NCBI GenBank assembly: GCA_037447605.1
Contig: CM074820.1
Location: forward strand, 1,984,001-2,048,000
From: Zygnema circumcarinatum SAG 698-1b
Taxonomy: Eukaryota > Plantae > Zygnematophyceae
Direction: 5' to 3'
Length of the DNA stretch: 64,000 nt
Shown: positions 13,126 to 26,341 of the stretch, in pieces
Layout of the letters: each line of letters opens with the position of its first letter
How positions within the stretch are numbered: the stretch's first letter is position 1
Notes under the pieces: generated by a model
Databases searched by the model: none
What the model saw: only the letters and a program-made list of their open reading frames with translations
Told to the model about the DNA's origin: nothing
Program-made: the position numbers and the translations under genes

Positions 13126-14288
13126 ACTCTCTCTCACTCTCTCTCTCTTTCTCACACACACATACACCACATCCATATTCCCCTCACCCCGCCAAATGCC
13201 TGGGCCTCTTAGTTCATCCCTCTTGTTCACTCCTCCTTCCTCACTTTCCAACTCCCACTCCCCACTCTCTTTCTCAATGTCATGAACACGCGCTTTCCCT
13301 CACCCTCCCTCCTTTCCCCCCTCTCTCTCCCCCCCTCTCTCCCACTCTCCTCACTATCTCCCCCCGCCCCCCTTAATCCTCCCTTTGTGGCTCTCTCTCT
13401 CTCGTACTCTCTCTCACACACCCCAACAGCACTTACTTCGCAGGCGGTGAAGTATTGGCCATTGACTGTAGCTGACCAACATCCTCCGTTGTTGACCAAG
13501 CACCGCCCTACTCCGGCAGCTGCAGAAATAAACACCCCTCTCTCACATAAGATATTGTCTTAAAAAACCAGAATCAAAACCGGTTTTGAAACTCCAAAAC
13601 TGTGCACTCTCTAAATCATAAATCCTAAAAACCACGAAACTCCGAACCCTAAATCCCTGACCCTAGAAAATTACAAGATCTAAAAACCTAAAAACGTAAA
13701 CCTGAACCGAAAACCGTGCCCTTCTACTTGAAACACCCCAACATTGGCTGTACATATCCTAACAACGTTCGGGTAATTTGTACGGCTTGGGCCAACCACT
13801 ACCACTAACCCTAATTCTAGCCCTAAAACTTAAAAAGAATTGCTAATCGAACCTAACCTTAACCCTAACCCTCAAGTTTCCGCTATACTCACGTTTGCAG
13901 CTTGTATATCCATCTCCCACAAATGTGGTCCCTGTAACGGGATCATGCGGACATTGGCAGACTCTTCCTCGGAAAGTATCCTGAAAGCACGAAAAATAAC
14001 GCTTAAAAATAGGACTACGATAGAATTCAAGGCATTAGAGAAAGAGCGTGACGTGAGAGAGGAGGAAGAGAGCAGGGAGGTGGAAAGGGGGTGGGAGAGG
14101 GTAGTGGTGGTGGGAAGAGAGGGACGGGAGGGAGTCCTATAACTGATATATTCGATGAGGAATCAATAAAATGAGATTTCTCAAGTTTGTATTTTGAAAA
14201 GATTGATGCTGGTTTCTTCCTATGAACCTTAAGAAAGCTAACTTCATATCTTCCAGCGCCACGCATGTGGGGGGAAAAGAGCCAGTGA

Positions 14289-14344
<56 letters not shown>

Positions 14345-15421
14345 ATTCCAATGCAGTTCAACAATAACAAACATCGTTTTCCGAGTTTCTAGGGTTAAGG
14401 CTTAGAAGCTATAACCTACCAAGCAGGCAGTGTAATTGCCCTCCTTCCAGCACCCCCCATTGTTCTCATTGGCACACTCATTTGTCTGAATGTCTGCCAA
14501 AAAAAAAAAAATGACAGTCAGAGAGATAGTGGCAGAGAGCGAGGGAGAAAAAGAGAGAAGAGAGAGAGAGAGGGACAAAAGGAGAGCAATCACAAATTCA
14601 TTTACAAAGAACTACCTAAACTGCAATTTACTTCTGTAATTTATTCACCTTTTCCAAGGCACTGTGGGGGGTCTGTTGTCTCCAAGAAACCGGAGCAGAT
14701 TGCTTTCATGACTGCCTTAGAGTCAAGCTTCCCTGTTCACACCAAATCCTGAATATTTAGTACCAAAAAATACAAAAATATGCCAAAGATATGGAGAAAT
14801 GCAAAAAACAAAGTCACAACTTTTGACTTTGGAAAAAAACAGCCATAAGAAAGCAGTGAGACATGGAAATACTCTAAAGGAACAAACTAAACTTGACTTT
14901 AGAAGACAGAATCGGTAGTAAGAGGGCGAGCGAGAGAGAGAGAGAGAGGGAGAAGGAGAAAGAAAAGGAGATCTCTCTACCTCTGTACTGACGCTGGTTG
15001 ATAACGAGAGTCGGCAGAATCGTCACATCGCTGCGATCATCGTTTCCAACCTGCAAGTAGATTCATCCGGATATAGAAACCGCAAACAGTAAGAAATCAT
15101 TAGAGAGAGAAAACGAAAGCAAGAGAGAGAAGGAGAGAGGAAGTAAGAGGGAGAGGGACGGGAATCATCAGAGAGTGCGAGAGCGAGTAAAAGGGAGGAA
15201 AGAGGGAGCGGTGGGGAGGAGAGAGTTAGGTATCATCAGAGGGAGAGAGAGCGAGTAAAGGGGAGAAAAAGTGGGAAAGAGCACGAGAGTAAGAAACGGG
15301 GAAAGAATAGGTGTGAGAGGGAGAGTGGTAGGAATCATCCGAGCGAGCGAGACTTAGCCAAGGAGAGAACAAGAGCGGGAGGAAAGGGATGGAGGTTGTG
15401 AAAGACGGGGAGGAGACAGAG

Positions 15422-15478
<57 letters not shown>

Positions 15479-15816
15479 AAACAGCACCTGCGCTGCCTGC
15501 TCTGCCTTCAGGATCGGATTATCCGCATCACGGGTGGGATCTCCCACACAGTCAGTGATTCTTCTCACATCCAATCCTGCAAACCGGTAAACCTAGATTA
15601 TTAACATACGTCATATATAGAAAAATCGAATTTAGGCCCTTGTAAAACACTACTACACAGGTCACTTCCACATCCCACATCACATCTACATTCAGTTCCC
15701 TCTCCTTCTCCTCTCCTTCCTTCTTTCTTTCTCTCCTGCTTCCACCCATCAATCTAAGTTCCAACACCTGTCTCAGGTCGGATTCCTCTCATTCCTCTTC
15801 TCCACTTTTACTCATG

Positions 15817-15851
<35 letters not shown>

Positions 15852-18252
15852 ATAGCATTGTCTCCCCCGACCTTTCCTCTTCCTCCTCTCTCCACTCTCA
15901 ATCACTCATACAAAAATTCGTCCCAAGTAAACCCAAAGCCGCCCTCAGATAAAATTTCGCTTCAATTCCGCAAATCGACAAATCGAGCCCTAAAATACTC
16001 CAAACTGAACTAAAACTGGACCAAAACTCAATTTAAACAGAACCAAAACTGAAGCATAGAAGCACCCCCCAAAAACACCTCAAAAAATTACCCACCCAGC
16101 GCACTGATGATCTTCTCCGCACACTCTGCATTGTAATTCTTCTCCTTCATTTTGCACCTCAGCTTGAAATCCGTCACATAGTCCCACCACATCCATGGCT
16201 TTCCGCTCTCATTCGCGAGCTGGAAAACACAAAGCTCTCTCAAATTCTCCACTACCACATCCTTCCCATCATAGCCAACGTCGAAGTCTTGTTCAGGATC
16301 GGGTGCACAATACCTCCCATTGTTAATACACTGCGATTTGCACTGTTTGCTATCGACATAGTTCTGAGGGCAATACCACGTAATATAGTGAGGAGTGAAC
16401 TGCACATATCCAGCCTGTTCCATAGTCTGAGCAGTCCCCTTAAATTCCGCCACAAAATCTGCCTGAACATCACATTTCTGCCCACATTCGTCGTTGCTGT
16501 TGGTCCAAAATTCATACTCTACTCGATCATCTGGGTGAGGGAGAGCCTCTGTCCAGTCCATGTTCACATTCACGAGCTCCTTATTGGAGAGAGCCTTCTT
16601 GATAGCATCGCTTGTGTTCTTGCGAATTAGGGCTGAGGGAATTGTGATGTTTGTGAGGTAGGAGTTGGTATCCGGATCATCTTCAGGGGCATCCATAGTG
16701 ATGAGGTTTTCATCTTTATCATCGGCTACGAGCACAGCGGAGGCGCCGGCGAGCTGTGCATACCACACCTTTTCGGTGAAGTAGCAGCCTAGAGAGAGAG
16801 AGAGAGAAGGAGAGAGAGAGAGAGAGAGAGGATAGGATCTTGTTAGAATGATGCTGAACGAAAAAAGGAAAAGGGAAAGGAAAGAAAGCGACGATGACAG
16901 GACCTCAGCAAGGTATGTCCTCTCTCACTCCCCGCATCTCTCTCTCTGTGGGGGGGAAGGAAAGAAACTGGATAATTGGTTGGAAGAAAGATGACAGGAT
17001 AATTGATATTTTGAGAAAAGAAGTAACAAAAAGATCGACGCGAAAGTTGTCGAAAAATGAAAAAGTGAAAGGAATACACGAGTTCGACTGAGGAGGATGT
17101 AAAGAGTGGGGGGAAGGAGGAAAGGGGGAAAGAGAGAGTGAAGAGACAAAAGGTACGAGATAAACAGAAAAGAACAGGATAACTTCTGTTAAGGAAAAGA
17201 ACAAGCGAGGCCAGCACCTGTAGGTAGTGCCACAAAGAGAGAAAGGGGGAGGGAATAAGAGAGGTAGAGACAGAGAGAGATAGAGAGACAGACAGAATAA
17301 GCGATTGCAGCTAGAGGGACAAGCGAGCGGGACAGAGAGAGCGAGCGAGAGCGAGAGAGAGACTATAACGTATTCAGTGACATAGATGGCTTCAAACAAT
17401 TGACATCGGGGAGCGAATTTCCGATCGTGCAGGATGTTAAGAAAACGCTACATAACTTAATGCGAGTGCACATGTATGCAAAACATACCCTTTTTGTGCG
17501 ACTTGATTCGTCACAAGAAAAGCAAGGGAAACGCAGAGAGTCCGACAGAATCTACCTCCACAATTATCTCTTCAGCAAAAGAAAGAAAGTGGGAGAGAGG
17601 GACAGCAATTGGGAAAGAGACAGAAACTGGGAGAGGACGCTGAGAGCGAGAGGGGAGATTTAGATAGACAAAGAGAGACAGGAGGATTCTAGAGACAGGC
17701 ATAGAGAGACATAGAGAGAGGAGGGAGAGAGAGGTAGACTGTGAAACGCAGGAAGGAGAGAGAGACACTGGGAGATAAGAGAGACAGAGGGGGCATAGTG
17801 AGACAGAAAAGGCGGAGACACAGATATAGACAGAGAGAGTGAGAGGAGGGAGGAGGGAGGAGGGAGAGAGACATATAGAGACAGAGAGACAAAGAAAGAC
17901 ATGGAAAGAGACAGACGGAGAGAGGGAGAGGAAACATAAGATCCCTACCTCCCCGATCAAGGAGCAGAATCCGGGGCAGCTCCCCGAGCTTGGCCTTGAA
18001 CTCCGCCCCCGCGAACTGCTGGCAAGCCTTGGCCCGGTCCCCCCCCGGATACACGACCTGGCCCGCCATGGATCCTCCATATTGAGGGATGCCAAAATTG
18101 GCGATGGCGCTTGTGAACGTTCCCTTCAGGGAGGGCGCGGAAACTGTGAGACTGTGCTCCTCCACGATGAAGCGGGCGTGGGAGAGAGGCAGGAGGAGGG
18201 CGAAGGAGAGAGAGAGGAGGAGGAGGGGCAGCCCGGGGGGGCGGAGCTCCAT
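11606..18252 (-). CDS. VSR: Vacuolar sorting receptor (PA domain, EGF repeats, TM, cytosolic YMPL motif)
   Basis: Signal peptide followed by RFIVEEHSL...[13 protein letters not shown]; [16 protein letters not shown]; [11 protein letters not shown]; EGF exons ([21 protein letters not shown]); TM exon ~11970-12075; last exon [20 protein letters not shown]...* with TAA at 11606-11608. Confidence 0.96.
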
Positions 18253-20439
18253 AGAGGCAGAGGGAGAAGGAGAGGGAGAGGAAGAGGGAGTAGTTGCAAA
18301 ACCAAAACGGGGAAAGTGGAGATTAGAGTTTCAAGATAGGTCGTATGGAGATAGAAGGATCCTGACTTGTACTCCCTCGCTCACTGAAACAATCTCTCGC
18401 TCTCTTTCTCTCTTGATACTCCTCTTTATATTCCTACCCGGATACCTATTTCTATAATCGTGGCTGTTACCACGCTTCACTGGCTCCCCCCCTTCCCCCC
18501 ACCCTCTATCCTTGCCCCTCCCTCCCTCACTCCCTAACCTACCTCTTCCTCTCTACTCCCTCTCCAGCTCTCCTCTCCCTCCCCCTCTCCTCTCCCTCTC
18601 GCTCGCCCTCTCTCTCTCTCCGTCTCTCCCCTACCTCCTGGATGGAGGACAACCTTCGAGTTGAAGTTAAGGGGAGCATTACATCCGCGAGAAAGGACCA
18701 GGAACATAATTTATTTAAACTTTTGACTGTACTTTACTTTTTTTCACGCCTCAATTTGTTTGTCTTGAAAAACTTTTCAATTCATGTATAAACAGCTGAG
18801 ATCGCTAGACGCGATTATATGGTAACGTGGCACGGTTTGAGCTGTTGGATTGATCCATAACGGGCAGAAATAACGTTTTAATGCGTCGATTGAAATCATT
18901 TTGTGCTGCCCAATTGTTTGCCTGCCCAAGGGCGGCCGGCCGAAGGGACCTCCGATCTTACCGGCAAAGAAAAAGTCAAACTTTTTTCGGGAAGCCGTTA
19001 AGAAAAAGTAAAACTGTTTCCCAAAAAAAAAAAAAAAAAAAACGTTTCAGCCATTTCACAAAAAGAAAAAACTTCTACACTGGAGATTGTTTCCTTTGCC
19101 TGCCTATAAGATTTCCGTCAGCTGCCCGGACTAAAAACAAAACGTTTCGTAGCTGCATCGGGCATTTTTTTCCCAGCTGCCCTTATGAGAACGTTTTTTT
19201 CCCTGCCCGAAACAAATATTCATCTCAGAAATTGGAAAAATCCTCGATCAAAACAAATTATAAAAATGGTTCCTCCAGAGGAAGTACTCGGAAAAGAAAA
19301 GTACAAAAACGTATCGACTTTTCTCTCAATATATTTCGATATTCGAATTCGCCTTTATGCCAAGAATCGCAATCAGTACATCGTTAAAAATATTCGTACC
19401 GATTCGTTGTTCATAACTGCATACATTTTTACATTCCTTTGATTCTAGATTTCATACTGCGCAAGTTTCAACAGAGTCTACATACGGTTAGAGGAGTACG
19501 GTTTCCGTACGGTCGTCCGTTGGGTGGAGGGGTAACCGTAACCGCCCGCGAACCGTCGGCGGCTCCGTACGGTTTGACAGCTGCGGGAGGGGGCGGAGCT
19601 GGCGGAGGGGGCGAGAGGGAGGTGGTCTGTGAGAGGAGGAGAGAGACGTGCAGAGCGAGAGGGGGAAAGGGGGTAGGGGGAAGGGGGAANNNNNNNNNNA
19701 GGGGGGGAATGAGGGAGAGGGAGAGGGAAGGGGAGTGGGAGGGGGAGTGGGAAGGGAAGGGGGAAGGGGGAAGGGGAAGGGGAGGAGGGCAAGGGGGGGA
19801 ATGAGGGAGAGGGGGAGGAATGAGGGAGAGGGAGAGGGAGGGGGAGGAGAAGGGGGAGGAGGGGAAGAGGGAGAATGAGGGAGGGGGAGGGGGAGGGGGA
19901 AGGGGAAGGGGAGGAGGGGAAGGGGGGGAATGAGGGAGAAGGAGAGGGATGGGGAGGGGGAGGGGGAGGGGGAAGGGAAGGGGGGGAATGAGGGAGAGGG
20001 AGAGGGAGGGGGAGGCGGAGGGGGAGGGGGATGGGAAGGAGAGGAGGGGAAAGGGGAAATGAGGGAGAGGGAGAGGGAGGGGGAGGGGGGGAATGAGGGA
20101 GAGGGAGGGGGAGGAAGGGGAAGGGGAAGGGAAGGAGGGGAAGGGCGGGGGGAATGAGGAAGAGGGAGAGGGAAGAGGGGCAGGGGGCAGGGGGGGAGGG
20201 AGGGAGAGAGGGGGAAGGAGAAAAGAGGGAGAGGTAAGGAGGAGACAGGGTATCTCCGAATCAAACGAGCGTCGAAGTTGATACATGTTTATCTTTAAAC
20301 GAATTTACAGAAAGAAACTAACTAGTCAATGCCAGCCGTCACAAACCTACTACCTCAATCAAATCCAAACTTAGTAACCAGTGCAAAACTAACCTAACTC
20401 TAAAACATAAAAACCTCAAAAAATGACAAAACAACATTA

Positions 20440-20800
20440 CTCTTCTTAACGGCGTAACGTAAGCTTAACCTAAAACATAAAAACCTTACAAATTCACGAA
20501 AATTATTGCCCTAATCAATGGCGTAACGTAAAACCCTAATAACCTAACCCTACTTTTTAGAAAAACGTAACCCTAATTTTCAAAAAAAAAACCGTAAAAA
20601 CTCACAAAAAACATCACCCTTATCAACGGCGTGACGTAAAACCCTAATAACCTAACCCTAATTTTCTAAAAAAACCTTAAACAAACTTTAACCGCTCAAA
20701 TTCAAAGAAACATTTCCCTGGTCAACGGCGTGAAGTAAAACCCTAATAACCTAACCCTAATTTTCTAAAAAAACCTTAACCTTAACCTTAACTTTAACCT
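20440..20800 (+). repeat. Degenerate ~100-bp tandem repeat (4 copies of an AACGGCGTRACGTAAAACCCTAATAACCTAACCCTA core)
   Basis: Cores start near 20447, 20516, 20624 and 20723, immediately 3' of the LRR-RLK stop codon. Confidence 0.7.
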
Positions 20801-20823
20801 TAAACCTTAAACCTTACTCAAAT

Positions 20824-23633
20824 TCACAGAAGCATCTCCCTGATCAGCGGCGTTTCCTTTATTTTGGTCGCTGTGTCTTTGGCCCTCAAAAGCATCTCCA
20901 CAACATCCTCCATTTGCGGCCGCAAAGTCCTCTCCCCCATTGTGCACAGCAAAGCGACTTTCAAAATCTGCAACATTTCATCTTCCGCATCCTCCAAGTT
21001 GACTCGCGAGTCCAAAACTTCGTGAATTTTTCCACCTTCAACTTTCGACTTGGCCCACTGAGCAATGTTCAGATCTGACTCGGCCAGCAAAGGGTCCCAA
21101 GGGTTCAGACCCATCAAAATTTCCAAAAGGAGAACGCCGTAACTGTAGACATCTTCTTGGTTGGGTCCGTCGTCTATATGCTCTGAAAAACCCCAATTAG
21201 ACCCCATTTGTACCCCATCTATATCGCATTAAAGCCCCAATTAGACCCCATTTGTACCCCATCTATATATCGCATTACAGCCTTGAACCGAAGCAGAACT
21301 GCTTTCCAAAGGAGATATCATACATCGGCAGTAATAAAAAGAACTGCTTAAAGGATATAAACGCAGGAAGGAAAGGAAAAGCAGGAAGGATAAGGAATCC
21401 CTCCAAACGGCCCTACATTGTAAATACTTACCCGGAGATTTGGGTCCATTTTGTGGAGTAGTTTGACCAGCTTCTGAAATTTTCGGCAAAAATGAAGTCA
21501 ATCCGACGGCTCCAAGGCACGGCTCGTAGTTGGAGTCCAACAGAACGGTGCTCGCCTCTATGTGTTGCGGCGAAACGGAACGGAGCCGCATGTGAAGGTG
21601 CGCCAAACCCCTCGCCACTCCCAGCGCTATTTGGAAACGGTAGCTCCACATGCTCCTTCTGCGATACTTCCTCTTCTGAACAAGGAAGGTATAAGAAGGG
21701 GGATTGTCACGGGAATATGTGTGGATGTGTGTGTGTGAGAGAGGGAGAGAGAGAGAGAGAGGGAGAGAGAGAGAGGGAGAGGGAGAGAGAGAGAGAGAGA
21801 GGGAGAAAGGGAGAGGGAGAGAGAGAGAGAGAGGGAGAGAGAGAAAGGGAGAGGGAGAGAGAGAGAGGGGGGGGGAGAGAGAGAAAGGGAGAGGGAGAGA
21901 GAGAGAGAGAGGGGGAGAGAGAGTGGCTCTTTTGTGACACAACGCTCACACGTTGCTTTGGCATGAATAGAAAAAAGTTCCACAAACCTCGGAATGCAGA
22001 AAGTCCCTCAAGGTGCCGTGCGGCATGTAGTCATAGAGAAGGAAAATTTGGCCTTTGATGATGCGGAAGCCGAGTAATGGAACAACATTCTTATGTTGTA
22101 GTTCGGAAATCTCCCTTGCATATTCCTGTGAAATAGTGAGGAAAGGAGAGAGGGGGCAAGAGAGCGAGAGAGAGAGAGAGAGGAGGAGTGGGCTTGTGTC
22201 ACATGGAGGAGTTCGAACAATTGAGCAAAGGGAGAGACTGATGGAAGACTCTGCCATATGTTTCAGACTGGAACCAAAACCCTAAACCCTAAACCCTAAA
22301 GTTTCTCACCTCGATTTCTGCCTCACTTTGAAGGGGGTCCTTCCCTACCACCGTCACTGCCATGCGAGTCATGTCGGGAAAGGATGCCCTATACATGGTC
22401 CACCCCTCCCCCGAAGAGATAACATATGCTGCTCCCGAATAATGTATGGCGTCCAAAAGGTCGAATTCTCGGATGGGTTTTGAGCCGAACATGGTAACAA
22501 GGGGCTCCATGTGGCCACCTTTTCTCAGTCTCAGTTTCGGTTTCCGTGATGATGAGTTAACTGAAGGTTGCAGAGCCAATTGGGGAGTGACATCTGGCAC
22601 TGGGTGGGATGCTGCCAAAATTGTCCAGCAGACTCCAACCACAATTGCAGCTCCAATAGAGCTGAAAATGATGGCAAAAATGACTCCAATAGTGAAAGTT
22701 TTCGATTTTGTGGTGTCGGTAAAGGGAGGGAGGAGAGGGTATTCAGAGGGAGGAGGTGGAGGAGGTAAAAATTGCGAATTTGGAGAAGAATTTACTTGAG
22801 AGAGTTGAAGGATTCGATAAGGGTGAAGGTTTTCTATGGAGGCGTTCCTTGTAACGGAAAACCGTGACAGTTCCGTTGAGTTTGCGAACCATAGAACTGG
22901 TCCTGATAGCTTGTTATCTCTCAGGTCAAGGGAAGTCAATGAAGTCAATTGGGTCAATGCGGATGGAACTTCTCCAGACAATAGGTTGTGTTGTAATTGG
23001 AGAGTTTTTAAACGTGACAGGTGGCAGAGGCTGATTGGGAGGGAGCCTGTGAAGGAATTATATGATAGGTCTAATTTTTCAAGACGAGTAGCTTGACCTA
23101 AAGTGGAAGGAATGCTGCCCGAAAAACTATTCCGAGCCAAAACCAAACTGGTTAAACTTTTCAGCTGCCCAAGACTGCCCGGAATCGAACCCTCAAAGGA
23201 ATTGTACCCTAAATCGAGTTCCTGCAACGCTGAAAAAAACCTAAAATTGAAATCGACCGGAATTTTATCCCCCAAACGGTTATCACTTAAATTCAATTTT
23301 ATCAAATTTTGAAGAGAAAGCCACTCTTGTGGTAGTCCTCCAGTCAAAAAGTTTCCAGAAAGGTCCAAAACCTTCAATTGGGAGAACCTCCCGAAGACAC
23401 GTGGCAGCGATCCGGTAAATCGGTTTTGCCCTAATTTTAGGGTTTGCAAATAATTTAAATCCGCAAATGTGAGTGGCTGAGCGATGAAAGATCCCTCAAT
23501 GTTGGATCCTGTGAGGTCCAGACCAATCACACGTCGCCACGTGGCGGAGCATTCCACTCCATTCCAAGAGCACGGGTCAAGGTCGGAGGCATTCCAATTG
23601 TTCATGGCGCCTTCGCGAAATAACAAATCCAAG

Positions 23634-23665
<32 letters not shown>

Positions 23666-24679
23666 AGGGAGAGAGAGAGAGAGAAAGAGAGAGAAGGGCG
23701 AGAGAGAGAAAGAGAGGGAAAGAGAGAGAGAAGGGAGAGAGAGAGAAAGAGAGGGAAAGAGAGAGAGAGAAGGGAGAGAGAGAGAGAAAGAAAAAAAGAG
23801 AGAGAAGGGAGAGAAGAGAGAGAGAAATTGATTAATTAACATTTAACTGTGTTCCATTTCAAAAAAAATGTTCTGGGTTCGCCCTAAGGCGCGAGAGTAC
23901 CAGCTAAGTAATTCAATAAAACCCTAAGCATACCCTAAACCCTGCTCGAAAAGCAATGATCGACGGTAAACGTCAGCCCTATCCAAACCGAACCTCTGAC
24001 CTAAACAGGCATTTGCTCTAACCCTAATCCTAGCCCTAATCGTAACCTACGGAACAGGGTCTGGGAGAACGGCGGCACTGAACCCCATCTTTTTCCTTTT
24101 AAACAAGCCTGGGTCACATTTTGCATCGTTGAACCAAACCAAATTATGTAACTGAGTTCATTCCTGAAAACCTGACCCTCTCCCCCTTAACTATAACCCT
24201 AACTCTAACCCTTCCCCTAATCCTAACCCTAACCCTAAACCTTGCCCTAACCCTAACCCTTGCCCTACTCTTAACCCTAACCCTTACCCTACCTTCTAAC
24301 CCTAACCCTAACCCTAACCCCAACCCTTGCCCTAACCCTAACCCTGACCCTAACCCAAATCTTCCAACCCTAACCCTAACCGTAACCTTAACCCTAACCC
24401 CAACACTTACCCTAACCCTAACCCTTACCCTAACCCTAACCTTCTAACCCTAACCCTCTAAACCCTAACCCTAACCAGAATCGAACCCAGCGAGCACTAC
24501 CCTGTCACTCGCCCTGAACCCTAATCCACCCCTCGCAGCTCACCTTTCGGGTCCCGCAAAACCGTGGCCTTGAACCCTAGAAGCGCCGCCTTCTCCTTCT
24601 CCGCCGCCCGTTCCATGCGCGCTGTTCCGTCCACGCGCAACAAAAACAGTAACGCAAACAGCACATAGAACACAGACAT
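20824..24679 (-). CDS. LRR receptor-like kinase with a degenerate (pseudo)kinase domain
   Basis: Exon 1 (24679-24544, not in the ORF track) is MSVFYVLFALLFLLRVDG...EKAALLGFKATVLRDPKG, i.e. signal peptide plus LRR cap. It splices in phase to 23610 (AMNNWNASDLDPCSWNGVEC). Then 8 canonical LxxLxLxxNxLxG LRRs, a TM segment and kinase-fold exons ending DVYSYGVLLLEILMG...RPQMEDVVEML. Confidence 0.92.
24180..24480 (+). repeat. Interstitial telomere-like (CCCTAA)n degenerate array in LRR-RLK intron 1
   Basis: Runs of AACCCT interrupted by variants such as TTGCCCT and AACCTTCT. Confidence 0.85.
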
Positions 24680-24686
24680 TCTCTGC

Positions 24687-25181
24687 CACGTGTCCTTACC
24701 GGCGTCTTAAAAACTGGCTAAGCACGTGGCGCGTTTTCAGGCTTCCACGTGTCATCCGAAAAGCAGGAGAGTTTAGGCACGTATCAGGGCCGTCATTTTG
24801 TCGACTAGCGGACATAACGTACGGAATGGTTGTCCGATTGCACAACCGTACAAATATGCACGGATTCGTACGACTCAATAACAGACAAAATCTCCCACCG
24901 ACAGTACGAACATGCCCGGGTCCTTGTCGCCTTGAGGGTGGAGGAACACGTGCGAGGGGCCGCTCTGATTGATGAATAAAAACGACAAATCACCACGAAA
25001 CGACAAGGGGCCGCCTCGCCACGTGATTGGCTAAAAAGGACGCGCCCAGGCGCTTTAAACCAATAGCGTATTGCCACGTGCCTAATTATCGTACACCATA
25101 ACCAGTCGAATACTGACACGTGTACCCTGTAGGACACGTGGAACTGGGATTTCGAGTTGACCAATAGGGATCCACCACGTG
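24687..25181. promoter_or_regulatory. Bidirectional promoter with nine CACGTG (G-box/ABRE) sites and CCAAT boxes
   Basis: CACGTG at 24687, 24723, 24746, 24947, 25020, 25075, 25117, 25135 and 25176, lying between divergent start codons at 24679 (-) and 25451 (+). Confidence 0.65.
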
Positions 25182-25450
25182 TAAAAATGTCTGCGCCTGC
25201 AAGGAGGCAGGGAAGATCAGCAGGCAAGGAACTGGGGAGAGGAGGGAGAGGTAGAGCGAGCGGGACAGGGAGCGAGAGGGAGGGTGAGAGAGAGAGTGTG
25301 TGAGAGAGAGAGAGGGAGACAGTAAGAGAGAGGGAGAGGTAGAGAGGGGGAGAGAGCGTGAGATAGAGAGTGAGTGAGAGAGAGGGAGAGAGAGAGAGGA
25401 GAAAGAAAGGGAGAAGGTCGCCGAGCCCAATCCTTCCTGTCCCAGCATCC

Positions 25451-26341
25451 ATGGCGGATGCCCTTTGGTCCTCCGCCTCCTTCTCCGCCAACAACATCAC
25501 CATCCACTACCTCCACAGTCTCCCTCCCTCTCCCTCCTCCTCCCTCGCCTCTCTCCCCCTCATCTTCTTCCTCCATGGCCTCACTATGAGCGCCGGAACC
25601 CTAATTCCGGCGGCCACCAGCTTCACCCACGACTTTGAAGTGATCCTTCCCGATGCGCGCGGCCATGGCTCCTCCTCTCCCATCCCCAAAGGGTCCTTCC
25701 TCATGAACAACCTCGTGTTGGACGCCATGTTGGTCCTAGAGAAGTTTGGGCTAGGGAGGCCCGTCTTCCTAATGGGCCATTCCATGGGGGCCGCCACCGC
25801 CGCCCGATTGGCCAAGCTCCGTCCGGATCTAATCCGAGGGCTCATATTGGAGGAGCCGCCGTGGGATCGGACGGCTGGCGCTGAACCCAACACCACTTTG
25901 TCCCTTTCTAAGGCCCAAAGTGTGGGCGATACAGTGAGGGTTTTTCGCAACATGAGCAACATGGAATTTCATGAGTTTGACACGGAGGGACTTGGGATTC
26001 TGCCTATGGCTATGAGCCCAAAAGCCGCCGTACGGGCCTTTGATATTGACGATTGTGAGGAGACTTTGGTGGAGGTTGATATCGAGATAACCGAGGCAGT
26101 GGAGGGGGTCACAGTCCCTTTGGAGCTTCAGATGGGAGACGTAGCGGCTGACTACGAGTGGCCTTTTGGCTCAGCTCTGAACCCTCGAGTGGCGGCCTAT
26201 GCATTAAGTACTTATCCATTGGGGTCGTTTCAGTTCTTTAGAGATGGAGGGCATCTCCTGCACACGGAGCCCACCGTCGAGGATTGGACGGGGGAGGTTT
26301 TGCGCTACTTCAGGTCGTTTTCTTCTGTGAAGTCTCAATGA
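25451..26341 (+). CDS. Intronless alpha/beta-fold hydrolase (esterase-like)
   Basis: Likely start MADALWSS at 25451. Motifs: FFLHG oxyanion loop, DARGHGSS, nucleophile elbow GHSMG, LILEEPP and C-terminal GGHLLH. Single exon. Confidence 0.9.
   Translation: MADALWSSASFSANNITIHYLHSLPPSPSSSLASLPLIFFLHGLTMSAGTLIPAATSFTHDFEVILPDARGHGSSSPIPKGSFLMNNLVLDAMLVLEKFGLGRPVFLMGHSMGAATAARLAKLRPDLIRGLILEEPPWDRTAGAEPNTTLSLSKAQSVGDTVRVFRNMSNMEFHEFDTEGLGILPMAMSPKAAVRAFDIDDCEETLVEVDIEITEAVEGVTVPLELQMGDVAADYEWPFGSALNPRVAAYALSTYPLGSFQFFRDGGHLLHTEPTVEDWTGEVLRYFRSFSSVKSQ

Noticed and set aside
21190-21290. Small direct duplications (~45 bp here, ~38 bp at ~47737-47815, 27-bp x3 at ~38937-39000)
   Set aside because: Ordinary slippage duplications with no evident consequence.
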